Notes: generated from the sequence alone by a model not told the origin. Positions 29,044 to 39,684 are shown, numbered from the stretch's first letter. The stretch: DNA of 64,000 nt from Candidatus Eiseniibacteriota bacterium (GCA_963703225.1 OY969801.1:160001-224000), one strand, 5' to 3'. Made by a program: numbers and translations.

Positions 29044-30651
29044 TCATGGCGCTCCGCGGCCGAACCGTCCCAGGAGTCTTTGGAATTCGTCCACGCGCAG
29101 AAGGGTGAGCGCCCCCGCGTAGACGACCGTCGCGGCGCCGAGCCCGGCGCAGACGACGAGGAGACGGGCCGGGAGCGCCGCGAGCCCGATCGCGCGTTCC
29201 ACGGCTCCGGCCGCGAGCCACGCCGCCCCGCCGGCGAGAACCGCCGCGACAAAGATCTTGGCCCCCGCCAGAGCGAGGGTCCTTCCGCCAATCCCCCCGA
29301 TCCGCGAGCGGAGCGTCCAGATCAGCAGGACGAAATTGAGGACCGATCCGATCGAGGTGGCCAGCGCCAGCCCCGCGTGGCGGAGCGGCCCCATCAGGAT
29401 GAAGTTCAGAACCACCGTCGTCCCGATGGTCACGAACGAGATCATCACCGGGAGCCGGGCCAGGCCGAGGGAGTAGAACGCCGGGACCATCACGCGGACC
29501 GCCGAGAATGCGGTGAGGCCCACCCCGTACGCCCAGAGCGCCCTCGCGGTCTCCACCGTGTCCGCGGCCGTGAACTTTCCATGCTGATAAAGGAGCGCGA
29601 CAATCGGCTTGGCCAACGCGACGAGGACCAGGGTGGCCGGGAGCGTGAGCAGGAAGACGAGCCGGAGCGAGAACGAGAGCGTCTCCTTGAGGTCGACCAT
29701 GTTCTTCTGCGCGGCGTGCCTCGCGACCTCGGTCAACGTCACCGTGGCGACGGCCACGCCAAAAAGGCCGATGGGGAGCTGCATCAGCCGGTAGGCATAG
29801 TTGAGCCAGGAGACGCTTCCTTCGACGAGCGTCGAGGCAAGGAACGTGCTGACGAAGTTGTTCACCTGGACCGCGGCGATCCCGACCGCGGCGGGCGTCA
29901 TCAAAGAGACCATCCGCAGGACGTCGGGATCCCGAAACGAGATGACCGGACGCCAGTGAAACCCCTGCGCCCGAAGGGCGGGGAGCTGGATGGCCAGCTG
30001 CCCCAGCCCGCCCAGGAGCGCGCCGACCGCCATCCCGACGATCGGCTCGAGGCCAAAGCGCGGGCAGAAGGGCGCGATCAGGTACCCCGCCGCGATCAGG
30101 CTGATGTTCAACATCGTGGGCGCGATGGCCGGGATGAAAAATACCCGCCTCGTGTTGAGGAAGCCCATGACCGCGGCGGCGACCGATACGAGGATCAAGA
30201 ACGGGGTCATGATCCGCGTCATGAGCGTGGTCAGCTCGAGCTTTCCGGGCACCGCCTCGAATCCGGGGGCGAGCGTGCGGACGATCCACGGCGCGGCGAG
30301 AATCCCGGCCACGCAGATCGCGGAGACGACCACGAGCAGGAAATTGATGACCAGGTTGGCCAGGCGAAGCGCCGCGTCGGGGCCGTCCCGCTCCTGGGCC
30401 TTGGTCAGCGTCGGGACGAAGGCGGCGCTCATCGCCCCTTCCGCGAAGAGGTCGCGCAGCAGATTGGGGACCCGGAAAGCCACCTGGAACGCGTCGACGG
30501 CGAACCCCGCGCCGAACTGCGCGGCGAAGACCTGCTCGCGGATCAACCCGAGCAGACGGCTCAGGAACGTGGCCGCGGAAACGATGCCCGCCGCGCGGGC
30601 GACCCTTTGGGCGCGTGATGGGGGAGGCGGCGGTGAGGGATCGGGGCTCAC
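29044..30651 (-). CDS. murJ: Lipid II flippase MurJ (MviN)
   Basis: SRLLGLIRE, DAFQVAFRVPNLLRDLFAEGAMSAAFVP, YAYRLMQLPIGLFG. Confidence 0.95.
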   Translation of the reverse strand: MSPDPSPPPPPSRAQRVARAAGIVSAATFLSRLLGLIREQVFAAQFGAGFAVDAFQVAFRVPNLLRDLFAEGAMSAAFVPTLTKAQERDGPDAALRLANLVINFLLVVVSAICVAGILAAPWIVRTLAPGFEAVPGKLELTTLMTRIMTPFLILVSVAAAVMGFLNTRRVFFIPAIAPTMLNISLIAAGYLIAPFCPRFGLEPIVGMAVGALLGGLGQLAIQLPALRAQGFHWRPVISFRDPDVLRMVSLMTPAAVGIAAVQVNNFVSTFLASTLVEGSVSWLNYAYRLMQLPIGLFGVAVATVTLTEVARHAAQKNMVDLKETLSFSLRLVFLLTLPATLVLVALAKPIVALLYQHGKFTAADTVETARALWAYGVGLTAFSAVRVMVPAFYSLGLARLPVMISFVTIGTTVVLNFILMGPLRHAGLALATSIGSVLNFVLLIWTLRSRIGGIGGRTLALAGAKIFVAAVLAGGAAWLAAGAVERAIGLAALPARLLVVCAGLGAATVVYAGALTLLRVDEFQRLLGRFGRGAP

Positions 30652-30659
30652 GGGGCCGC

Positions 30660-30688
30660 ATCCTCGTCCGTGGTCTCCCCCTTGTCAA
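30660..30688 (-). promoter_or_regulatory. murJ promoter TTGACA-N17-GAGGAT
   Basis: Perfect -35 at 30683-30688, weak -10 at 30660-30665, GTG start 8 nt downstream. Confidence 0.5.
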
Positions 30689-30776
30689 GCAGTGGAGCCG
30701 CAAGCGGCTCCGGGCGGAGCAGATCGGTCGGCGCGCAATCCACGCAATCGTCGAGAACCTAGGGGCGGCCGGGGTT

Positions 30777-30785
30777 TGATATAAT
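30777..30785 (+). promoter_or_regulatory. Consensus extended -10 promoter TGA-TATAAT
   Basis: Exact TGnTATAAT 73 nt upstream of the small acidic ORF. Confidence 0.65.
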
Positions 30786-30858
30786 AGTGTTGTGGCCCGG
30801 GCTAAAGGCCCGGGGCGTCGGCTTCGAGGCGGGGCACCCACCCACGGGAGCGACATCC

Positions 30859-31119
30859 ATGAGCCCGAACGACCAGGATAAGGAAAGCGTCGAGCGCCTC
30901 ATCGCGGAGACCAACCTATCGGCCCGCATGGATTCCCTGATCGGGGAGATCTGCGACAAGCTTCGCGAATACGGAGTCGCGTCGCCCCACAAAGCGTTCA
31001 ATGATCTGGTCGATCCGTTTCGCGAGTACTTCATGCTGGAGTACGAGGAAGAGCGCGGGCTAGAGGACGCCGACGAGGAAGTGGGGGACGACGAGGAAGA
31101 GGACGAGCGCAGCTACTGA
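30859..31119 (+). CDS. Small highly acidic hypothetical protein (86 aa)
   Basis: GGGAG SD, typical codon usage, C-terminal Glu/Asp tract. Confidence 0.7.
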   Translation: MSPNDQDKESVERLIAETNLSARMDSLIGEICDKLREYGVASPHKAFNDLVDPFREYFMLEYEEERGLEDADEEVGDDEEEDERSY

Positions 31120-32102
31120 ATTCTCGACGGCGGGCGTCGGGGAGTGCCCCCGGGCACGCCGGTCGGGTCCTCGGACAGGCGCCTCAAGAGCGCCAGATTT
31201 CTCCGATCCATCACCACCCCGTCGCGCCCCTTCGGGGTCTCCAGTATCTTCGGTATCGCTCGGAATCTCGGATCCCGCATGAGCCGCGCGAAGGGCTCGA
31301 TTCCAAGCCACCCCTTCCCGATGTGCTCGTGCCGATCGACGTGGCTGCCCCGCGCGTTCTTCGAATCGTTCACGTGGAAGAGTCGGAGGTTTTCGAGCCC
31401 GAGAATGGCGTCGAACTCGGCAAACGTCTCCTCCCACCCACGCTCGCTCGTGAGGTCGTAACCCGCCGCATGGACGTGGCACGTGTCGAGGCAGAACTGG
31501 ACCAGGTTCCGCCGGGTCACCCCTTCCCGCATCCGCGCCAGCTCCTCAAAACGCCGCCCCAAGGTCGTGCCCTGTCCCGCGACCGTTTCCAAGAGAAGGA
31601 TGACGCCGGGCGCCGGGCATTGCTCCCTCGCCAAATTCACCGACTCCGAGACGCGGTCGCACCCGTCCCGGACGCCGCTTCCCATGTGGGCGCCCGGGTG
31701 CGCCACCAGGAGCGGGATCTGGAGCGCCTCGCACCGGCCAAGCTCCTCCGCCAGGGCCCCGATCGACCGGCGGCGGAGCACAGGGTTGGGCGATGCGAGG
31801 TTGATGAGGTAGGAATCGTGGGCGGCAACGGCCGCGATGCCGCTGGCCTCCCAGCGCTGCCGGAACGCCGCGGCTCCCTTGCCGGTCAGCCGTTTCCCCT
31901 TCCACTGGCTGGCATTCTTGGTGAAGACCTGGAGCGCCCGGGCCCGGACCAGGAGGGCCCGGTCGATCGCGCTCTCCAGGCCGCCGGCCACGCTCATGTG
32001 AGCCCCGATCAGGGGCCCTTCGGTGGGCGACGGAGGGAGTGGGGCACTTTGCGCTCTCCGGCGGGAGGGGGTGCGGGATGCCTTTTTTCGGGCTCTTTCC
32101 AC
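31113..32102 (-). CDS. nfo: Endonuclease IV (AP endonuclease); start uncertain
   Basis: IGAHMSVAGG, HDSYLINLAS, HPG, LETVAGQG, CLDTCHVHAAGYD, HVNDSK..GSHVDRHEHIGKG, ILETP. Confidence 0.93.
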   Translation of the reverse strand: MERARKKASRTPSRRRAQSAPLPPSPTEGPLIGAHMSVAGGLESAIDRALLVRARALQVFTKNASQWKGKRLTGKGAAAFRQRWEASGIAAVAAHDSYLINLASPNPVLRRRSIGALAEELGRCEALQIPLLVAHPGAHMGSGVRDGCDRVSESVNLAREQCPAPGVILLLETVAGQGTTLGRRFEELARMREGVTRRNLVQFCLDTCHVHAAGYDLTSERGWEETFAEFDAILGLENLRLFHVNDSKNARGSHVDRHEHIGKGWLGIEPFARLMRDPRFRAIPKILETPKGRDGVVMDRRNLALLRRLSEDPTGVPGGTPRRPPSRIQ

Positions 32103-32229
32103 TTGAGTAATGGCCTCTTTCAGCCGATGGCTCGTAGGACGGAAGTCCCCCGTTCCCAGGGCCGACGTGGCGGAGCCTATGGCCGCTAAGCACAAAGGAC
32201 AAGGCCGGGTTACGCGGGGGATAGCGCTA

Positions 32230-32772
32230 ATGGACGTGGCGGCGCGGGTTCAGCCGAGTCGGCCCAAGCCGCGGTATTGCGTCCTCTGTGGCACCGCGCT
32301 CAAGGCGATTCGGGAGCACGGGGTGCCCCGGATGGGGTGCCCCCGGTGCGGGTTCGTCGCGTACCGAAATCCGGTGCCGGCGTGCGGCGTGATCGTCGAG
32401 CGCCGCGGGGGAGTGCTGCTCGCAAAACGGGCGCACGAGCCAAGGCGGGGCAGCTGGGGGATCCCGGCGGGCTTCATGGAGTACGGGGAGCATCCCGAGG
32501 TGACCGCGGTCCGGGAGGCTCAGGAAGAGACGGGCCTTCTGGTGCGGATCGAGGGCCTCTTCGGCGTTTACGCCGGAAGGGACGATCCGCGGACGCGGGC
32601 CGTCTTGATTCTGTACCGGGCGAAGATCCGGGGCGGGCGGCTCAAGGCCGGCGATGACGCGAGCGAGGTCGGTTTCTTCCCGCTCGATCGCCTGCCGCGG
32701 CCCATCGCGTTTCGGGCGCACCGAGAAGCGCTAAGAGACCTGCGTCGCGTGAGGCGGAAGGAGGGTCGGTGA
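32230..32772 (+). CDS. NUDIX hydrolase with N-terminal zinc ribbon
   Basis: CVLCG...CPRCG..YRNP; Nudix box GFMEYGEHPEVTAVREAQEETGL. Confidence 0.9.
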   Translation: MDVAARVQPSRPKPRYCVLCGTALKAIREHGVPRMGCPRCGFVAYRNPVPACGVIVERRGGVLLAKRAHEPRRGSWGIPAGFMEYGEHPEVTAVREAQEETGLLVRIEGLFGVYAGRDDPRTRAVLILYRAKIRGGRLKAGDDASEVGFFPLDRLPRPIAFRAHREALRDLRRVRRKEGR

Positions 32773-33914
32773 GCATTCGGATCCTACATCTCGCGGATCT
32801 CCACATCGGCGCCTCGTTCCCCTCCATGGGAGACCGCGGGGAGGAGCGGAGCCGCGACTTTCTGTCCGCGCTGCTCCGCGCGGTGGAGTACGCGGTGGGC
32901 GACCCCAAGCCGGTCGACCTGGTCGCGATCGCGGGAGATCTCTTCGACACCCACGATCCCGACGAAGGGCTGGTCTACCAGGTGGAAGCGGCCCTGGAGC
33001 GGCTCGACAAGGCGGGCCTGCCCGTCCTTCTCGTGCCGGGGACCCACGACGCGCCCTCCTACCGGCGTTCGATCTACCGTCGTCTGCGCGTTCCCAAAAG
33101 CGCGCACCTCTTCATCTCGCCGACGCTCGAGCCGGGGCCACACCTGACGATCCACGGCGAGTCGGTGCAGACCTACGGGATCGCCTACGATCCGGGCGTC
33201 TGTGCCCGCCCGCTCGGCGAGTTCCGCCCGATGGGCTTGGCCGACTATCACGTCGGCGTGCTCCACGCGGCGCTCCAGGACAACCCGGCGTGGAAGATCC
33301 GCCCCACCGATCTCCCGATCAGCCGCACGGAAATCGCGGCGTCGGGGCTCCACTATCTGGCCCTCGGGCACTACCACAACTTCGCCGAGATCCGCGAGGG
33401 CGGGGCGGTGGCCGTCTATCCCGGCACTCTCGAGGGGAAGAAGTTCGGGGAGAACGGGCCCCGCTATCTGGTAACCGCCACCCTGAGCCGCGAGTCGATC
33501 TCGATCGAGCGGACGCCCTGGAACGCCCGGACGCTCCACGAAGCGGTGATCGATCTGAACCTCGCCGAGGTCCGCGAAGAGGAGCAGCTCGAGGCGCGCA
33601 TTCTGGCGTTCGCCGGCGATCGCGAGATCGCCCGCGTTCGGTTGGAGGGCCCGGCCGACTTCGTCTTCGATCCCGACCGGCTTACCAAGCGGCTCGCGCC
33701 CAAGTTCTTCCACGTGGAGATCGAGGACGCGACCTACGTCGTCAACGAATCGCTTCTCGAGCGCTACCGCGAGGAGGCCACCGTTCGGGGCGTCTTCGTG
33801 CGGAGCATGCTCGACCGAATCGCGCGGGCACCCGATCCCCAGGCGCGCGAAACGGCCGCGCTGGCCCTTCGGCTGGGACTCGCCGAGTTCCAGAATCCGC
33901 GCCATGCGCATTGA
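32769..33914 (+). CDS. SbcD/Mre11-like DNA repair metallophosphoesterase (YhaO-like)
   Basis: HLADLHIG, AGDLFD, PGTHD, LALGHYH, YPGTLEG. Confidence 0.9.
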   Translation: MSIRILHLADLHIGASFPSMGDRGEERSRDFLSALLRAVEYAVGDPKPVDLVAIAGDLFDTHDPDEGLVYQVEAALERLDKAGLPVLLVPGTHDAPSYRRSIYRRLRVPKSAHLFISPTLEPGPHLTIHGESVQTYGIAYDPGVCARPLGEFRPMGLADYHVGVLHAALQDNPAWKIRPTDLPISRTEIAASGLHYLALGHYHNFAEIREGGAVAVYPGTLEGKKFGENGPRYLVTATLSRESISIERTPWNARTLHEAVIDLNLAEVREEEQLEARILAFAGDREIARVRLEGPADFVFDPDRLTKRLAPKFFHVEIEDATYVVNESLLERYREEATVRGVFVRSMLDRIARAPDPQARETAALALRLGLAEFQNPRHAH

Positions 33915-36120
33915 ACGGGTGAGTGTCGAGGGCTTCGGCCCTCTCGCGCAGTTCGAGGCCACGCTCGAGGCGAAGCGGCTCAACCTCTTCATCGGGCCGA
34001 ACGAGTCCGGAAAATCGTCGTTCGCGGCCGCGCTGGTCTCCTGCCTCTTCGGCTTCCAGTCCCTGGAGGCGGAGGAGCTGGCCCGGCCGTGGGCGGGCGG
34101 CAAGCACAAGGCTTCGATCACCTTCTCCACGGTCTCCGGGCGGTTCCGCGTCACGCGCGAGTTCGAGAGCCATCAGGTCCAGGTGGACCGGCTCCGCGAG
34201 GGCTCGGACGAGGCGGAGAGCACCCTCTTCAAGGGCGCGGCCAACCCGCGCGGGCGAAGCGCCGAGCAGATGCAGTACGAGGAATTGCTCCGGGGCTGGT
34301 TCGGGTTCACGGAGGCGCGCCTTTTCCGCGAGTCCTCCTTCGTGCACGAGAGCGCTCTGGAGACCCAGGTGAGCCCCGAGCTGCGCCATCTCATCTCCGG
34401 CGCGGTGGAGGCCGACTACCAGCAGATCCAGGACGCCCTCCTGGAGCGTCTCGATTCCCTCACGGTGGAGCATCCTTTCGACGCGCGGGCGCGGAAGCGC
34501 ACCAACCGGTCGATCGAGAACCGGATCGAGCTGATCCAGACGCTGCGCGACCGGCGGAGCCGGTCGGAGTACGTGCTCACCGAGCTCAAGTCGAGGCACA
34601 AGGAGCGCGAGGAGATCGAATCGCGCCTCCTCGACCTCCGCGCCGACCTCGCGGGCAAGGAGCAGCTTCGCGCCGATCTCGAGGCTTGGCTCCAGCTTCG
34701 CGAGGAGCAGCGGAAGCACTTGAAGCGGGCCCCCGCGATCGGGCAGGAGCTGGTGACGGCGCGCCGCGCCAGGGGCCAGGTGCAGGAGATCGACCGGAAG
34801 ATCACCGACACGCTCGGGTATCTCGCCAACGCCCCCGAGGAAGTGGAAGGCGATCTCATGCGCCTGGGGATGCTCCGTTCCCAGCGCGGCCGCCACCAGA
34901 AGGGCTCCGAGGAGGAGCGCCGGGCGCTCGACGCGCCGCTTCGGAAATCGTCGGGGCGCGGCCTTGTGCTCGCGATCGTCTTGGCGGGCGTCTTCGGGGC
35001 CGGGGCCTGGTTCGCGCTACATCAGACGGTCGCCGCCGCCGGCGCCGCCGCGGTCGGCCTCGGCGTCGGGTTCTTCATGGGGCGCCAGGGCGGGCAGAAG
35101 GGTCAGCGCTCCCGCGAGCTGACCGAGGCGCACATCCGCGTTCTGGACGAGAACATCCGGACCTTGAGCCAGGAAATCGACGGCATCGAGATCCGGGTGA
35201 ACCCCTACCTCGCCGGGCGGACGGTGGAGGTGGTGCTGGAGGACGTCAAGCGCCTCCGCGCCATCACGCAGGAGCGCCGCGAGGCCGCGGCCGTCCTCCA
35301 CTCCCTCCCGACGCCGGAGCGGCTGGAGGCGGAATCGAAGGAAATCGACGAGGCGGTGGGGAGCCTCCGCTCCAAGGAGAAGCTCATTCTCCAGCAGTCC
35401 CCGTTCTTGGCCCCGCTCCGCGAGGATCCGGTCAAAGCCGCGGAGGCCGCCGAGCGGTTGAAGCGCGAGGCCACACTTCTTCGCACCAAGCTGGAAGCCG
35501 AGCAAGAGGCGCTCGACGCCTTCATGCGCCGCGCCGGCGGCGGCGAAGGGGACGCCGAGAATCTCGAGGCGCTGGATGAAATGATCGTCGCCGAGGAAGA
35601 GACGCTCGCCCGTGAGGAGCGTCAGCGCGGCGCGCTGCTGTTGGCGCTCGAGGTGCTGCGCGACTCGGTTCTCGCCTACCAGCAGGAGCACGTCGGCCGC
35701 CTGGCCTCCCTGACCGAGTCGACCTTGAGCCGGCTCACCAACGGGCGCTACAACAAGGTCCACCTGGACGCGGAGTTCCGCCCCACTTTGACCATGAGCG
35801 ACCGCGACAACGTGCCTCTCAGCTCGTTGAGTCGGGGCGCCCGGGACGCCTTTTATCTGGCCCTCCGCGCCGCCTTGGCGCGGGAACTCGCTGCCCGGGA
35901 GCCGCTTCCCCTAGTTCTGGACGACCCGATCGCCCACCTGGACGAAGAGCGCCGGGGGGTGCTCCTGGCCCTCCTCGAGGAGCTGGCCGTCGAGATCCAG
36001 GTCATTCTCCTGACCCACGACCGGCGGGTCCTCAACAACGTCAGGGAGGCCCACGTCCTGGGGGTGGGGGTCTCCTCCCTCAACCGGGATCCCAGCCGCA
36101 AGATCCAAGTCCGCCCGTAA
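33904..36120 (+). CDS. SbcC/Rad50-like coiled-coil ATPase (YhaN-like) with central TM hairpin
   Basis: Walker A GPNESGKSS, long coiled coil, LSRGARD signature, Walker B LVLDDP..HLD, LTHD. Confidence 0.88.
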   Translation: MRIERVSVEGFGPLAQFEATLEAKRLNLFIGPNESGKSSFAAALVSCLFGFQSLEAEELARPWAGGKHKASITFSTVSGRFRVTREFESHQVQVDRLREGSDEAESTLFKGAANPRGRSAEQMQYEELLRGWFGFTEARLFRESSFVHESALETQVSPELRHLISGAVEADYQQIQDALLERLDSLTVEHPFDARARKRTNRSIENRIELIQTLRDRRSRSEYVLTELKSRHKEREEIESRLLDLRADLAGKEQLRADLEAWLQLREEQRKHLKRAPAIGQELVTARRARGQVQEIDRKITDTLGYLANAPEEVEGDLMRLGMLRSQRGRHQKGSEEERRALDAPLRKSSGRGLVLAIVLAGVFGAGAWFALHQTVAAAGAAAVGLGVGFFMGRQGGQKGQRSRELTEAHIRVLDENIRTLSQEIDGIEIRVNPYLAGRTVEVVLEDVKRLRAITQERREAAAVLHSLPTPERLEAESKEIDEAVGSLRSKEKLILQQSPFLAPLREDPVKAAEAAERLKREATLLRTKLEAEQEALDAFMRRAGGGEGDAENLEALDEMIVAEEETLAREERQRGALLLALEVLRDSVLAYQQEHVGRLASLTESTLSRLTNGRYNKVHLDAEFRPTLTMSDRDNVPLSSLSRGARDAFYLALRAALARELAAREPLPLVLDDPIAHLDEERRGVLLALLEELAVEIQVILLTHDRRVLNNVREAHVLGVGVSSLNRDPSRKIQVRP

Positions 36121-36179
36121 GCCCCGTAACTCCCAAATAGCTCAAGGTGTGGCTCTAACGAGCCGACCGTTACAACTGT

Positions 36180-38057
36180 ATGACTAACCCCACTCCAGCC
36201 GCGAAACCGGCCACGCCTGCGAAGCCCGGGTCCGCGGATCAACGCGCCGATCAGATCCGCGATCAGGTGCTCGCGCTCGACGTCAAGCGCGTCGCCGATT
36301 GGATCGGAGCGCTGATCCGCACGATCAAGGCGAGCCGCACCTATCCGGCCAACAGCCCCACGCTCCACAAGTTTCAGGCGGAGCTGGAGTCGCGCACCTG
36401 GTCCTGTCTCAAGGAAGTCGGCGACATCACGCTCGTCGTGCAGCAGTTCGACCTCCTCTACGAAAACTATTCCGTCTACCACAACGCCGATCGGAACGAG
36501 TCGCTGGCGTTTCGCTTCTACGGCGACGGCGTGCGCGAGATCACATTCCAGGAGGGGCTGGAGCCCCACGAGCTCCGCGGGATTCCTGGACGTGCTGAAG
36601 CGCTCGGTCGAGACGGCGCAGGTGCAGGACGACGTCGTGACGCTCCTTTGGGAGCGCGACTTTCGGCACATCCAGTACCTCTTCATCTCGCTTGAGGACT
36701 TGACGGAAGAGGCGGGGCAGGTTCCGTACGAGTCGGACGAGAGCGCGGAGGGCCACGAGGGCGGGATTCCCTGGCCGACGCGCGGCATCGCGGAGGATGA
36801 GCAACCTCCATCGGCGGCGGGTGAGTCGGCCGGCGAGTCGGCCGGCGAACCCGTGATCGAGCGGTCGGACGATTGGGTGCCCCCGTGTGGAGACCTCGAC
36901 GCCGTGGGACGAGACGATCGGGATCCAGTTCGCTCTGAGCGAAGAGGAGAACGAGCTGCTCGAGAAACAAATCCGCGAGGAGGAGCAGCGGGCTTTGACC
37001 GACGAAGTGCTCGAGATCGTGGCGACGATTCTCGCCGCCGAGGACACGCCGTCGGGGTTCCTGGATTCCGCGGCCGCGTTCCAGCGGTTCATCGAGCTGG
37101 CGATCGAGGAAGGGGCCATCTCGCGCGCCAACGAGCTGACCGCTCGGCTTCGATACATCGCCTCGAGGAAGGCCGAGACGCAGGCCGAGTTCAAGGGGCT
37201 GGCGGAGCAGGTCATCCGTGAGATCGGCCGGCCGAGCTTCCTGGGGCAGATGGCGCCGACCCTCAATTCCCATTCCGAAATCGACCCCGGCGTGCTCACG
37301 AACTTCCTCGTCCAGCTCGGGCCCTCGGCGGCGCCGGCGATCTGCGATCTACTCGGGCAGGTGAATCAGGTCCGCTACCGCCGCGCCCTCTGCGAGTCGC
37401 TCGCCATCTCCTGCAGGGAGGACGTCGAGGTCCTGATCGAGCGGCTGAGCGACTCCCGCTGGTACGTGATCCGGAACATCGTCTACATCCTGGGCCGGAT
37501 CGCGCACCAGGGCGTCGAGCGCGCTCTGGACCGCGCGCTCCACCACGAGGATGTCCGGGTCCGCAAGGAGGCGGTGCGCGCGCTCGGGAACATCGAGAGC
37601 CCGACGAGCCGCGCCTATCTCGTCTCCGCCTTCCGGGATCCGGATGCCGGCGTGCGCATCCAGGCGGCCATGACGCTCGCGGTCAAGCGCGACGACCGGG
37701 CTGCCCAGAGCATCCTCGGCGTGATCCAGGGCCCCGACTTCATGAGGCGGGATACCAACGAGCGCCAGGCGTTCTTCGAGGCGCTCGGGCGCTGCGGCTC
37801 CGACACGCTGGTGCCCAAGCTGGAATCGATCCTCACCCGGGGCGGCCTCTTCGGCTCGGGCAACGAGGAGGAGCGGCTCCACGCGGCGCTCGCCATGGCG
37901 TGGCTCGGTACGCCGGCGGCGCTCAAGGTGCTGAATCGCGAGATCGCAGAGCAAGCGCGAGCCGGTTCGACGCGCCGTCGAGACGGCCCTCGCATCGGTC
38001 CGGAACGCGGCACAAAACAGGCCGGTGGCCAAAGCCGGCGTCGAGGAGGAAGAATGA
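36180..38057 (+). CDS. HEAT-repeat protein; apparent frameshifts ~36580, ~36885, ~37948
   Basis: YPANSP N-terminus; HEAT repeats LSDSRWYVIRN, HEDVRVRKEAVRALG, DPDAGVRIQA. The shifted C-terminus ends VEEEE-TGA, overlapping the next ATG. Confidence 0.78.
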
Positions 38058-39517
38058 GCGACACCCGCGCCGCGTCCGCGTCGCGTCCTCAGGACGAGAC
38101 CGTCTCACGCGTCGTCCTCCAGGGCCGGAATCTGTCGATCCAGCTCTGCGTCCTGATCAAGACCGCGCGCATCCATGACGTGGGAAACATCGCGTTCCAG
38201 GGGCCGCTGACGAACTTCATCGAGACGATCGACCAGATGTGGACCGCCGAGGGTGACTTCAAGCTCCAGGCGGTGGGCGATTTCCTCTACCTGAACCACC
38301 ATCGGCTTCGGGTGGACGCCTCGTCGTACCCGAGCTATCAGTTCCTGATCGACGAATTTCGCATCCGCGACCTGAGCGGCTTCTCGTTCGGCGGCAAGCT
38401 GACGCCTCCCGAGGTGAAGAAGTTCGTCCGCCTCTTCCTGGACGTCGACGTGAAGGCGGCCGATCCGTTCGAGGAGTTCGCGGCGGCTCTGACCAAGCTC
38501 TCCGTCCAGCACATCGTCCCGATCCGGACCGTCGTGCCCCAGCATGGCATGGTGAGCGCGGAGGAAGTGCGCGACAGCCGCAAGGCCGCCAAGCGCTCCT
38601 TCTACCGCGCCATCGAGTCGGCCCGGACCGTGATGCTGAGCGCGCGGGACCACCGCCCCGTCGACCTGCGGAAGGCGAAGCGCGCCGTCCAGGGAATCGT
38701 CGATCTGATTCTGGGCGAGGAGTTCTCGCTCCTCGGGCTCACCGCGATCAAGAACCACGACGAGTACACCTTCCAGCACTGCGTCAACGTCTCGATCCTT
38801 TCGATCGCTTTAGGCCAGCGTCTCGGTCTCTCGAAGAAGTTGCTCGGAGAACTGGGCGTGGCCGCTATGCTCCACGACCTCGGCAAGGCGTCGATTCCGG
38901 CCTGGGTGCTCAACAAGCCGGGCAAGCTAACGCCCGAGGAGTGGAAGCTGATGTTGGACCACCCGATCCAGGGCGTGAAGATGATCGCCCGGATGCGGGG
39001 GCTGAACGAGCTGGCGCTCCGGTCGATGATCGTGGCGTACGAGCACCACATCAATTACGACAAGAGCGGCTATCCGAGCTTGAAGGGGCACATGGAACAG
39101 TGCCTTTTCAGCAAGATCGTCGCGATCGCCGATTGCTTCGACGCGATGACCGCGCACCGCGCGTACCGAAAGAGCCCCTTCCCGCCGTTCGCGGCGCTCC
39201 ACCAGATCATCTCGCAGAATCAGGAGAAGTTCGATCCGCTGCTCCTCAAGGCGTTCATCAACACGGTCGGGATGTATCCGGCGGGCACGGTCGTGCTCCT
39301 CGATACCAACGAGATCGCGGTCGTGATCGCGCACAACCCGCACGACATCTTCCGACCCAAAGTGCAGGTCGTGGCCGACAAGGACCGGAAGCCGGTCCAG
39401 GGCGCGCAGATCGACCTGAGCGCGCGCGAAGACGAGAGCGGGGCCTACGCCGTTACCATCGTCTCCGCTCTCGACGCAGACGAATACGGGATCAACATCG
39501 CCGACGTCCTGACGTAG
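38054..39517 (+). CDS. HD-GYP phosphodiesterase
   Basis: KNHDEYTFQHCVNV, LHDLGK, EHHINYDKSGYP, IADCFDAMT..R.YR, YPAGTVV; GAGGAGG SD before ATG 38054. Confidence 0.88.
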   Translation: MSDTRAASASRPQDETVSRVVLQGRNLSIQLCVLIKTARIHDVGNIAFQGPLTNFIETIDQMWTAEGDFKLQAVGDFLYLNHHRLRVDASSYPSYQFLIDEFRIRDLSGFSFGGKLTPPEVKKFVRLFLDVDVKAADPFEEFAAALTKLSVQHIVPIRTVVPQHGMVSAEEVRDSRKAAKRSFYRAIESARTVMLSARDHRPVDLRKAKRAVQGIVDLILGEEFSLLGLTAIKNHDEYTFQHCVNVSILSIALGQRLGLSKKLLGELGVAAMLHDLGKASIPAWVLNKPGKLTPEEWKLMLDHPIQGVKMIARMRGLNELALRSMIVAYEHHINYDKSGYPSLKGHMEQCLFSKIVAIADCFDAMTAHRAYRKSPFPPFAALHQIISQNQEKFDPLLLKAFINTVGMYPAGTVVLLDTNEIAVVIAHNPHDIFRPKVQVVADKDRKPVQGAQIDLSAREDESGAYAVTIVSALDADEYGINIADVLT

Positions 39518-39684
39518 GCTGTACGCGCCGCATCCAGGGCCATCCGCGCCTTGCCACCCCCGCGCCCGAGCGCCCCCCATCTCGCCGCTGCATCGTTTGT
39601 CAATTTGGCAGTCGTTGACTCGAAGCCCGCTTCGGCCTAAACTCCTATCGTTACGAGACTTTCCCCGAACGCGGAGACCCACCG

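Noticed and set aside
36823..36848. 12-bp tandem repeat GAGTCGGCCGGC
   Set aside because: Encodes an AGES-AGES low-complexity linker.
36887..39517. 876-aa HEAT-HD-GYP fusion
   Set aside because: The junction peptide is nonsense-like; the alternative frame ends VEEEE-TGA with an SD and ATGA overlap at 38054.
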